Below are positions 56,338 to 64,000 of a stretch of DNA of 64,000 bases, one piece after another (positions within the stretch are counted from its first letter, which is position 1; every line of letters starts with the position of its first letter). The DNA lies in IMG/VR virus record IMGVR_UViG_3300029288_004137, positions 64,001-128,000 of that record; one strand, written 5' to 3'. The notes under the pieces are model-generated. The model did not search any database and had not been told where the DNA came from. It saw only the letters and a list, made by a program, of their open reading frames with translations. The position numbers and the translations under genes were made by a program. The DNA is from a virus (taxonomy: Duplodnaviria > Caudoviricetes).

Positions 56338-58767
56338 TTATGAACATTTACCCCAACCACACTGAGAACAGGATACACATCCGTCTATATAAATTAACTG
56401 CGATCCACAATCAGGACAATATTGCTTGTCTGCTTCTTCTCCATTTATAATGTATTTCTTCAAAACTCTTGCTAAAGTTTTATTAATACTCGTAAAATCA
56501 GAATCAGGATCATCTTTATTTAACTGCTCTACCAAGATTCTTGGTTTCGCTCCATGTCTTAAAGAATTAGAAATTAATCGCGTTAATGTTCCATGATTAG
56601 GATTTTTAAATGTTTTCACAACGTCAAGAACAAATCCATCATTTTCTTTATCAAAAATAAGATCATAATGACTTGGTTTTGTTTTATAAGAATGCTTTAC
56701 AAGAATACCTTTTTTATACGCAGTTGGTATTCCTACAAAAAAAGATCTTCCTGCAAACACTTCATATGGTTTACCATTCATTAATCCAACAAAAACAATC
56801 CATTTTTTACTTTTTACGTTAATGTGATGTATATCACATTCAAGTTCTTTCGGTCTTATTACTGCATCAACTTGATGAAAATTTGTAGGTTGTTCTAACA
56901 TATCTTTTGATACAAGAACTCCCTTCCTACATCCCTCAACAAAGACGGTAATTCCTTTTAATTTTTTTGACCACGCTTCTTCATATATTGTTCCTACGGT
57001 TTCAGATGTAGTCCCTATTGGAAGATTTATTGTGCTTGAAATTGACTGATCTATATGTCTTTGAATTGCAGACTGCATTTCTATTCTTTGTTTCCATGGA
57101 ACATTATTGCTTTCAATAAAAATATCTGGTGTATCATTTTTATTTGTTACATTTTGATAATCTTTAATATTCTTGTGAAACACATCGTAAGAAAACCATT
57201 TTTCTCCATCTTCAGTTACTTCTGCATTTAAAAACTTATCTTGCTCATCAAAATTAAGTTTTCTTCTTCTCTTGTAAGAGTTTCTGAAAATAGGTTCAAT
57301 ACCAAAACTTGTTTGTGCAATAATAGATACACCTGCTGTTGGCGCATTTGTTAATATCGATATATTTCTTCTACCAAAGTTTTCCATATCTTTAATAACA
57401 TCTGGAGTAAAAGAATTAAAAAATTTGCAAGTTCTTTCTTTCTTCCAATTAAAAATTGGAAAAATCCCTCTTTCAATACCTAATTTAATACTTTCTTGAT
57501 ATGCACCTAATTTTAATTCTTCATATATCATATCTGTCATTTCTATCGCTTCAGGACTTCCATAAATCATATTTAAACGAGACAAAGCATCAGCTAACCC
57601 GTTAGTTCCCAATCCTGTTCTTCTCCCTTCCTGAGCAGATTTAATAAGTTTCTTCCAAATTTCTTTTTCATCTTCTTCGTCTGTAATTTCAATTAAATTA
57701 TAAAGTTTTTCAATTTCTAAATCAATTAAATCGTCTGATAAACGCATTGCTACAGAAACAACTTTTCTAAAAGTATTCAAATCAACAAATGAATTAGGTG
57801 AAAAAGGATTAACAATAAAATTCTTTAAATTAATTGAAATAAGTCTGCAAGAGTCATATCCACTTAAAGGTATTTCTCCACAAGGATTTGTAGTTAATGC
57901 TTCGAATCCTTCTTCTTTATAGAAATGAGCAGGAAGATAATTTGTGATATTATCCCACATTAATAATCCTGGATCTCCTGTTTTTGTAGCACAATTTATG
58001 ATTTTATTCCAAAGATCTAACGCTTTTATAGTTTTTGTATATTTAGGTTCTTTTGAATTTATTGGCCATTTCAAAACAAACTCTTCATTGTGCTGAACAG
58101 CTTCCATAAAACTATCTGTTAATTTAACAGAAATATTCGCTCCTGTAACTTTTTGTAAATCTTCTTTTAATGAAATAAATTTTTCTATGTCTGGATGCTG
58201 AACATCCATTGATATCATTAATGCTGCTCTTCTTCCGTTTTGTCCTATTAACTTACAAACAGAAGAATAAAAATCAACAAATGACCAGGCACCTGTTGAT
58301 GTACCAGCACTATTATTAACTGCTGCTCCACTTGGTCTTAATGTAGAAACATCAATTCCTACTCCACATCGTCTTTTAAAAAGATTTGCTAAATCTCTTG
58401 CAGAGTTAAATATACCAGACATTGTATCCAATGGAGAATCTACAACAATACAATTTGATAAAGAAGAATTGCTATAACTATTCCCTATCCCAAACATTGG
58501 AGATCCTTGCGGAATAATATATTTAAAATCTTTAAAATAAGAATAAATTTCATCTTCTGTTAAAGGTTTCATATAATTTGATTCAATTCTTGCAAATTCT
58601 TTTGCAAGTCGATGATGCATATCATCAGGTGTTAATTCCAAAAAATTACCTTTTTTATCTTTTAAAGCATACTTTTTCATCCACGTATCTGTAGCAAGAT
58701 GATCATCATCAAAATATTTTAAAGTAGCTTCCTTTACTTCATCTAAAGAATAAAACTGTTTTGTCAT
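56338..58767 (-). CDS. nrdJ: Class II (B12-dependent) ribonucleotide reductase
   Basis: SLSNC, GVGID, TNPCGEIPL, APT, SISSTIN, C-terminal CPDCG..CSQCG; no beta subunit nearby. Confidence 0.9.
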   Translation of the reverse strand: MTKQFYSLDEVKEATLKYFDDDHLATDTWMKKYALKDKKGNFLELTPDDMHHRLAKEFARIESNYMKPLTEDEIYSYFKDFKYIIPQGSPMFGIGNSYSNSSLSNCIVVDSPLDTMSGIFNSARDLANLFKRRCGVGIDVSTLRPSGAAVNNSAGTSTGAWSFVDFYSSVCKLIGQNGRRAALMISMDVQHPDIEKFISLKEDLQKVTGANISVKLTDSFMEAVQHNEEFVLKWPINSKEPKYTKTIKALDLWNKIINCATKTGDPGLLMWDNITNYLPAHFYKEEGFEALTTNPCGEIPLSGYDSCRLISINLKNFIVNPFSPNSFVDLNTFRKVVSVAMRLSDDLIDLEIEKLYNLIEITDEEDEKEIWKKLIKSAQEGRRTGLGTNGLADALSRLNMIYGSPEAIEMTDMIYEELKLGAYQESIKLGIERGIFPIFNWKKERTCKFFNSFTPDVIKDMENFGRRNISILTNAPTAGVSIIAQTSFGIEPIFRNSYKRRRKLNFDEQDKFLNAEVTEDGEKWFSYDVFHKNIKDYQNVTNKNDTPDIFIESNNVPWKQRIEMQSAIQRHIDQSISSTINLPIGTTSETVGTIYEEAWSKKLKGITVFVEGCRKGVLVSKDMLEQPTNFHQVDAVIRPKELECDIHHINVKSKKWIVFVGLMNGKPYEVFAGRSFFVGIPTAYKKGILVKHSYKTKPSHYDLIFDKENDGFVLDVVKTFKNPNHGTLTRLISNSLRHGAKPRILVEQLNKDDPDSDFTSINKTLARVLKKYIINGEEADKQYCPDCGSQLIYIDGCVSCSQCGWGKCS

Positions 58768-59228
58768 TTCTTAACTCCCGATTTAAATGCCTTATATTTA
58801 CTATTAAGTAATTTCTTTGTATTGTTTTCTGTTTGTTCATTTATTTCACTTATAGAAAGATTTAACTTTTCTAACACTTTGATTGATACATTTGATGTAT
58901 CAATCTCCATTGGATATATAATACCATCTATACCATTGCGATTTTTAGCAATAAACATTCTTCCTACGTTTTTATTCTTATCTTCAATAGTTCTTGATAC
59001 TGAAAAAATAAAATCTGCAACAAAACATTTGTTAAATGCTTCACTTATTGATTCCATTGTTATAACCTCAGCATTAAGACCAGAATTATGAGTTAAAACA
59101 CCGTTTGAAAGAAAATACATGTGCTCCGATTCTATAGTTATATCAACAGTATTTCCTTCACCATATAATTCTATACTTTCAATTTCATCTATAATAAAAT
59201 CATTTTTATTCAATTTATGTTTGTTCAT
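58764..59228 (-). CDS. dnaB: Helicase C-fragment: IntC (59085-59228) + extein
   Basis: VDIT...LTHN/SG; ADFIF, IAKNRNG. Confidence 0.9.
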   Translation of the reverse strand: MNKHKLNKNDFIIDEIESIELYGEGNTVDITIESEHMYFLSNGVLTHNSGLNAEVITMESISEAFNKCFVADFIFSVSRTIEDKNKNVGRMFIAKNRNGIDGIIYPMEIDTSNVSIKVLEKLNLSISEINEQTENNTKKLLNSKYKAFKSGVKK

Positions 59229-60321
59229 TCACTTCACCTTTTAAAATAAAAGCAATACACTTTTTTAATATTTCAACCGGATATTCTTTATATTCTTTTT
59301 CTTTAATTCTCAGCACTTCATACCCTTTGCTAATCAAAATTAAAGTTTTAATTTTATCTTTGTTTTTAATTTTATCTTTTTTATGCCAATATTCTCCATC
59401 AAATTCAATTATTTTATTTTTATATATAAAATCAACCATAAAATAATATCCACCACCTAATTCTGAATATTCTTTGAATTTAAATCGCTTTTCTTTATTA
59501 AGACTAGCATATTTAACCAAATTTTCTTCTATTTTTGATAATTCTACAATTTTTTTAAATAACTTCTGTGATATTTTTGAATAAGTTGTTGAACTTAATC
59601 TTGCTCCTTTATATGACATTTCCTTCATATGTTTTTTATATTTTCTCCATTCTTTTTCTCCATCTTTTTCTCCATATTTTTTAATATACCAATTTTTTGT
59701 AAATCTTTTTCTTTGATTTTCTCTTCTATTTTTCCAAATCATATATCCTTCTTCTTCACCGTGATTTTTTATTAAATCTTCTAACTTTAATCCATTATCC
59801 CATCCACCTTTATTTTTAATTGATTTTCTCCATTTTTTAAGGTATTGCTCTTGTCTCTTTTTGCCTTCTTCTTCGCCATATTTTTCTATTTTTGATATTA
59901 AAGAAGTACATGCTTTTGATTTACAAAGATTTTTCCAGGACTCCTCTCCATATTTTTTAATATAATCTTGTTTATTAATCGATGATTTTTGATTTTTTTC
60001 TTTAAAAAATCTCAACCCAAGCGCTTCTCCATATCTACTTTCCATTGATTTCAAAGAACTACTATCATTTTTAAAAATTGTTTTTGATTTTATTATTCGA
60101 TCTACCCAAGGTAAAGGAACCTCATAAATAATCATTTTATACAACAAAGGAAATAAACTATATTTGTTCCAATCATTTTTTTTACAGACCTCTAATATAT
60201 TCCACAATTCTTCCTTTTGTTTTATAGAAAGTTTATTTTTATCTATATCTTGAAAATATTTACAAGAAATAAGATTTTTTACTTCATCCATCCAATTTTC
60301 ATTTTTTAACAAACAGTCCAC
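59215..60321 (-). CDS. Free-standing Vsr-like endonuclease between split-intein halves
   Basis: KYGEEEG repeats, SKISQKLF, VDF...IEFDGEYWH. Confidence 0.85.
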   Translation of the reverse strand: MDCLLKNENWMDEVKNLISCKYFQDIDKNKLSIKQKEELWNILEVCKKNDWNKYSLFPLLYKMIIYEVPLPWVDRIIKSKTIFKNDSSSLKSMESRYGEALGLRFFKEKNQKSSINKQDYIKKYGEESWKNLCKSKACTSLISKIEKYGEEEGKKRQEQYLKKWRKSIKNKGGWDNGLKLEDLIKNHGEEEGYMIWKNRRENQRKRFTKNWYIKKYGEKDGEKEWRKYKKHMKEMSYKGARLSSTTYSKISQKLFKKIVELSKIEENLVKYASLNKEKRFKFKEYSELGGGYYFMVDFIYKNKIIEFDGEYWHKKDKIKNKDKIKTLILISKGYEVLRIKEKEYKEYPVEILKKCIAFILKGEVNEQT

Positions 60322-61633
60322 TTCCTTTCTCCAACCCTGTTTCTATCGATTTGAAATTTCCATCAATTACTGGAAACATATGCTTTTCAGAACATATAAT
60401 TTCTTTGCCAGATTTTAATTTAATCTTAAAGAGTTTTTGGTAATTTTTGTTTATATCAATCACTTTTTTCCATCCTACTTGTGTTTCTACTTCACTTCCT
60501 ATTTTTATCTTATTAATTTCTGTTTCAAAAATTTTGTCTCCTTCTCTTGTATATAGTAAAGTATTTTCAAAAAAGCATCTATTTGTTTGCGAAGCGGTAT
60601 ATACTGGACAATTAAATATTTTCGCCAATCCCCTCAAATCTTCATAAATGCTCTCTAAATCAAATCTTTTTTGTTCATAAGATTTAACAGAAGCTAATAG
60701 ATCTGCATAATCTACTATAATCATTCCTACATTTATTCCTCTTCTTTTCATTTTCTCAAGATGATTTCTAATTGTTATAACTGTTGCACCTTTGGTTGGA
60801 TATTCTTTTATTATTAATCGTCCTTTAACTTGTCCAATTTGATCAAAAACTTCATTTTTAAATCTTCCCAATTCATTTAGGGTAAATTTTGTTATGCAAC
60901 TATCATACCTTTTTCCTATAACAGTTTCTTGCAATTCTAAAGTATAATGAACAACATTAATACCTTGTAATAAAGCAGAAGCACCTAAATGAACCAAAAC
61001 CATCGATTTACCTGCACCTGTTGGAGCAATAACAACTCCTAATTCTTTTTTACCAAGTCCACCCTGTAATATTGTATCTATTTCAGACCATCCAGTTGAT
61101 ACCGGATCTCTATATTGAGGAAGATATCTTTCTTCAAAATCCTTAATATATTCATATCCCATATCAGAATCAGTCCCTAAAATTAATGCTGATGAAATAA
61201 GTTTATTAATTTCATCAAATGAAGATTTATTCATTAAGGGAATTGCTGCAAGAAACGCTTCTTTTAGTTTCTGCTTTTTACAGAAATCAACAGATTGTTC
61301 TTTTATATAATCTGATCCTTCTGGGAGATCTTTGCTTGATAATATTCTTGAAAAATATTCAATTACTTGCTTATTCACATTATTATTATCACTTTCTTGA
61401 GTCCTTATCATTGTTGTTAAGGTATCAAGAGAAGGATGAACACCATACTTGTCTGTATAATCATATAATTTTTCAACAAATGTCTGAAGATAAAGTGGTT
61501 CCAAAAAAGAAACTGGCATAACTTCACGCATTCTTTCACAAAAACTTCTGTCAAGAACCATTATTTTAACAAGTTTTTCTTGAAATTGAATTCCATAAGA
61601 AGAAAAACTTGTTTTTTCATTATCGTTTTTCAT
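60299..61633 (-). CDS. dnaB: DnaB/gp41-like helicase N-fragment + IntN (60299-60577)
   Basis: APTGAGKS, TLE, VDYADL, ASQTNR/CFFENT...CSEKH. Confidence 0.92.
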   Translation of the reverse strand: MKNDNEKTSFSSYGIQFQEKLVKIMVLDRSFCERMREVMPVSFLEPLYLQTFVEKLYDYTDKYGVHPSLDTLTTMIRTQESDNNNVNKQVIEYFSRILSSKDLPEGSDYIKEQSVDFCKKQKLKEAFLAAIPLMNKSSFDEINKLISSALILGTDSDMGYEYIKDFEERYLPQYRDPVSTGWSEIDTILQGGLGKKELGVVIAPTGAGKSMVLVHLGASALLQGINVVHYTLELQETVIGKRYDSCITKFTLNELGRFKNEVFDQIGQVKGRLIIKEYPTKGATVITIRNHLEKMKRRGINVGMIIVDYADLLASVKSYEQKRFDLESIYEDLRGLAKIFNCPVYTASQTNRCFFENTLLYTREGDKIFETEINKIKIGSEVETQVGWKKVIDINKNYQKLFKIKLKSGKEIICSEKHMFPVIDGNFKSIETGLEKGSGLFVKK

Positions 61634-62600
61634 TTTCTAAAACAATCCTTCTTAAATTAACAAACAATCCATCCCAATTAATACTTTCAAATCCATCAGC
61701 CATCATCATTGTTCGTAATTTACTTACATTTAAAAATATTTTTTCTACCTTTATTTTATTTTCAATTTTTTGAATTGAATCAAATGAAATTTGAACGGGA
61801 TAAAGAGATGTAATTTTGAAATTTAAAACTAATTTATCTTTATTATCTTTTATCTGATCAAATAATTTAAATTGTTTTTCTGACCGATTTATATAATCAA
61901 TAATATTATTGATAAAATATTTTTTATCTTCAATTAAAAAAGGAAATCTTTTAGCAATTGTTTTCAATCCTGCACCAAGAATACCTTCTATATTATCGCT
62001 ACTATCTCCAACTATTGATCTAGCTAAAGCAAAATTTTCTGGTGATATTTTATATTTATCTTTTATAGTATTCTTATTATGAATTTCTTTTTGAGTTGGT
62101 CTTACAATAATTGTAGAATTATCACAAAGTTGATAAAAATCTTTATCACTACTTAATATTACTTTATCATAATCTTTTAAAGATTCTGTTTTGCACAAAT
62201 AAGCAATTAAATCATCTGCTTCAACACCATCTTCAACAAATTGAGACACTGGCATTTCATTTAAATAAGAAATTAAACGAAGTTGTTGTTTTTCTTTATT
62301 ATCAGAAACTTCTGATTCATCCATATTTTTAGAAAATCTATTAAGTTTTATTATTGGTTTTCTATTTTCTTTATATTCTTTATAAATTTGTTTTCTTCTT
62401 ACAGAACCCTTGGAAGAATCCCAGCATACAAAGACTTTGCTGCATTTAGTGCTTTTTATATATTTTTGAAGAATCTTAATAAATCCAACAACACCACCAA
62501 TTGGTTGACCACTATTTTCTGATATTGTTGGATTTACTATCCAATTTGTGATAAAAATATTTAATCCATCGATTATAAGAATTCTTTTCTTATTACTCAC
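61620..62600 (-). CDS. 5'-3' exonuclease / RNase H (FEN family)
   Basis: IIDGLN, YKENR, EADDLI, SSDKDF, GDSSDNIEG. Confidence 0.92.
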   Translation of the reverse strand: MSNKKRILIIDGLNIFITNWIVNPTISENSGQPIGGVVGFIKILQKYIKSTKCSKVFVCWDSSKGSVRRKQIYKEYKENRKPIIKLNRFSKNMDESEVSDNKEKQQLRLISYLNEMPVSQFVEDGVEADDLIAYLCKTESLKDYDKVILSSDKDFYQLCDNSTIIVRPTQKEIHNKNTIKDKYKISPENFALARSIVGDSSDNIEGILGAGLKTIAKRFPFLIEDKKYFINNIIDYINRSEKQFKLFDQIKDNKDKLVLNFKITSLYPVQISFDSIQKIENKIKVEKIFLNVSKLRTMMMADGFESINWDGLFVNLRRIVLENEKR

Positions 62601-63730
62601 AAAGAACCTTCCAAAACGGGAGGTAACTTATCTAACTTACGAATTATATCTGTTTCTACTAAATAATTAATATCTTTTTTAAATTCATCATTTGTCTTTA
62701 ACATTTCAATGAAGGATTTTCTTTGAAATTTCCATTCCCCTCCACTTTTACCTATAAAAGACCCCCAAGAACCAGATTTCGTAAAAGATTCAGATAAAGC
62801 ATCATATAAACTGTCTTCATTTTGAACACCAACAGGATCTATGCCCCATTGAATTTTAAATTCACATTCTCTACCTAATGAACCAAATCGTGATTTTTTA
62901 ATCTTAACTTTAACTCTATTCCCAAAAATATGACCTGATTCATCAGATTCTAAATTTGCTTTAGAATCTGATTTTGTAAGCCATATCCTAAGAGAATACG
63001 CATAAAGTACTGATTTACCACCTGGGGTAAAATAAGGATTGACCAACATATCCCCTGGATTTTTTGGATTTATATTGGTTTTTAATTGATTTAGAACTAA
63101 TAATGTTGATTGTGTTTTCCCTATAGGAATTATTAATTTTTTCATCCCAAGAGAAACAACACGAGCTGTTTGAGATATCGTTCCACCCAATTCAAAATCA
63201 CCTTCTGAATCTGCTTTTGATGGTGTCATTGCCAATGAATCCCATATAAAAAACCATTTTTCATTTGGAATAGAAAGAAGTGTTTCGATAATTTCGAATA
63301 CCTCCTCAATTGAGGAAGGCTGAATATACTGAAGAACACTTATATCACACCCAGATCTTTTTAAGAAATCTGGATCTATCGCATTTTCTGAATCAAAATA
63401 AACAATTTTATACCCTTTCTTTTGAGCATTTGCAGCTATTTGTGCAGCAAAAAAACTTTTCCCTGTAGATTCTAATCCAGCACATTCTGATATCTTTCCT
63501 ACAGGAATTCCACCTAACTTTCCACGGCATATAATCGCATCTAACCATGTAGAACCAGTTGGTATCCAATCTATTACTTCTGTTGGACTTTCTTGTTCTA
63601 AATCATAAGAAATTTGTGTTCCTGCTTTTGAATTTATTAAATTTCTTATTTGTTCAGAAGATAATCTTCCAGTATCAGTATTCTTTATCTCTTCTTCATT
63701 AGAAGAAATAATCTTTTTTGCTTTTGCCAT
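62597..63730 (-). CDS. recA: RecA/UvsX recombinase
   Basis: GLESTGKS, DSENA, DSLA, NQLK, TPGG. Confidence 0.92.
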   Translation of the reverse strand: MAKAKKIISSNEEEIKNTDTGRLSSEQIRNLINSKAGTQISYDLEQESPTEVIDWIPTGSTWLDAIICRGKLGGIPVGKISECAGLESTGKSFFAAQIAANAQKKGYKIVYFDSENAIDPDFLKRSGCDISVLQYIQPSSIEEVFEIIETLLSIPNEKWFFIWDSLAMTPSKADSEGDFELGGTISQTARVVSLGMKKLIIPIGKTQSTLLVLNQLKTNINPKNPGDMLVNPYFTPGGKSVLYAYSLRIWLTKSDSKANLESDESGHIFGNRVKVKIKKSRFGSLGRECEFKIQWGIDPVGVQNEDSLYDALSESFTKSGSWGSFIGKSGGEWKFQRKSFIEMLKTNDEFKKDINYLVETDIIRKLDKLPPVLEGSL

Positions 63731-63747
63731 AACTTCTCCTTAAATAA

Positions 63748-63777
63748 GGAAGGGAGGAATTATAATTCCTCCCTTCC
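63748..63777. terminator. Palindromic hairpin upstream of recA
   Basis: GGAAGGGAGGAATTATAATTCCTCCCTTCC. Confidence 0.7.
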
Positions 63778-63794
63778 TCTATTTTTAGTTTAAT

Positions 63795-64000
63795 TTAACC
63801 GTTTTGCAGATCTTTATAAGCAGCATCAATTGCATCTTCTTCTGTTGTTAAAGATTTATCTTCTGTTGAAGGTTTATCTTCAGATGATGGTGAAATTTCT
63901 AATCCATCTTCAGATGATGGTGATAGATATGATTCAAGAATTTCTTCAATCTCTTCAGTTGTCTTTAAAATAAACAACTTAGAAAAATCTGGATATGCAT
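63795..64000 (-). CDS. Acidic C-terminus of a gene running off the window, possibly ssDNA-binding protein
   Basis: Acidic Ser-rich tail; position upstream of recA. Confidence 0.4.
   Translation of the reverse strand, partial: AYPDFSKLFILKTTEEIEEILESYLSPSSEDGLEISPSSEDKPSTEDKSLTTEEDAIDAAYKDLQNG

Larger units (their letters stand above)
54004..56424. repeat. 126-bp direct repeats (54004-54129, 56299-56424) flanking an R-M cassette
   Basis: One mismatch; the repeat holds the nrdJ 3' end and a TTGACA promoter. Confidence 0.92.

Noticed and set aside
1-64000. Stop-codon reassignment as the cause of split genes
   Set aside because: Most long genes are intact in the standard code, and the breaks fall at intein half boundaries or at one frameshift
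1-64000. Eukaryotic giant virus origin suggested by the ankyrins
   Set aside because: sigma70 promoters, SD sequences, DnaE, RecA, GroEL and a peptidoglycan amidase indicate a bacteriophage

Overview
AT-rich segment of a large (jumbo-type) dsDNA bacteriophage genome, read in the standard genetic code. 1-8 kb (minus strand): accessory region of small genes behind repeated sigma70 promoter-leader modules, with 11 tRNA genes and at least two candidate structured ncRNAs. One tRNA-Leu(UAA) holds a group I intron with an antisense HNH gene. 8-14 kb: two RNA ligases, a nuclease flanked by direct repeats, ankyrin genes and a type II R-M pair. 14.2-21.1 kb: a single-promoter tandem array of 26 small Cys-rich paralogs in three subfamilies, with mosaic sequence blocks. 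21-36 kb: probable late/virion genes, including four tandem GNAT-like paralogs, a DHH+HAD multidomain protein, GroEL and an amidase. 36-64 kb: nucleotide metabolism and replication (IMPDH/GMPR-like, ClpP-like, dUTPase, ThyX, class II RNR, RecA, 5'-3' exonuclease, further R-M genes), a DnaE broken by two split inteins plus one cis intein, and a DnaB/gp41 helicase broken by a third split intein. All calls come from motif reading by eye; no database searches were run.
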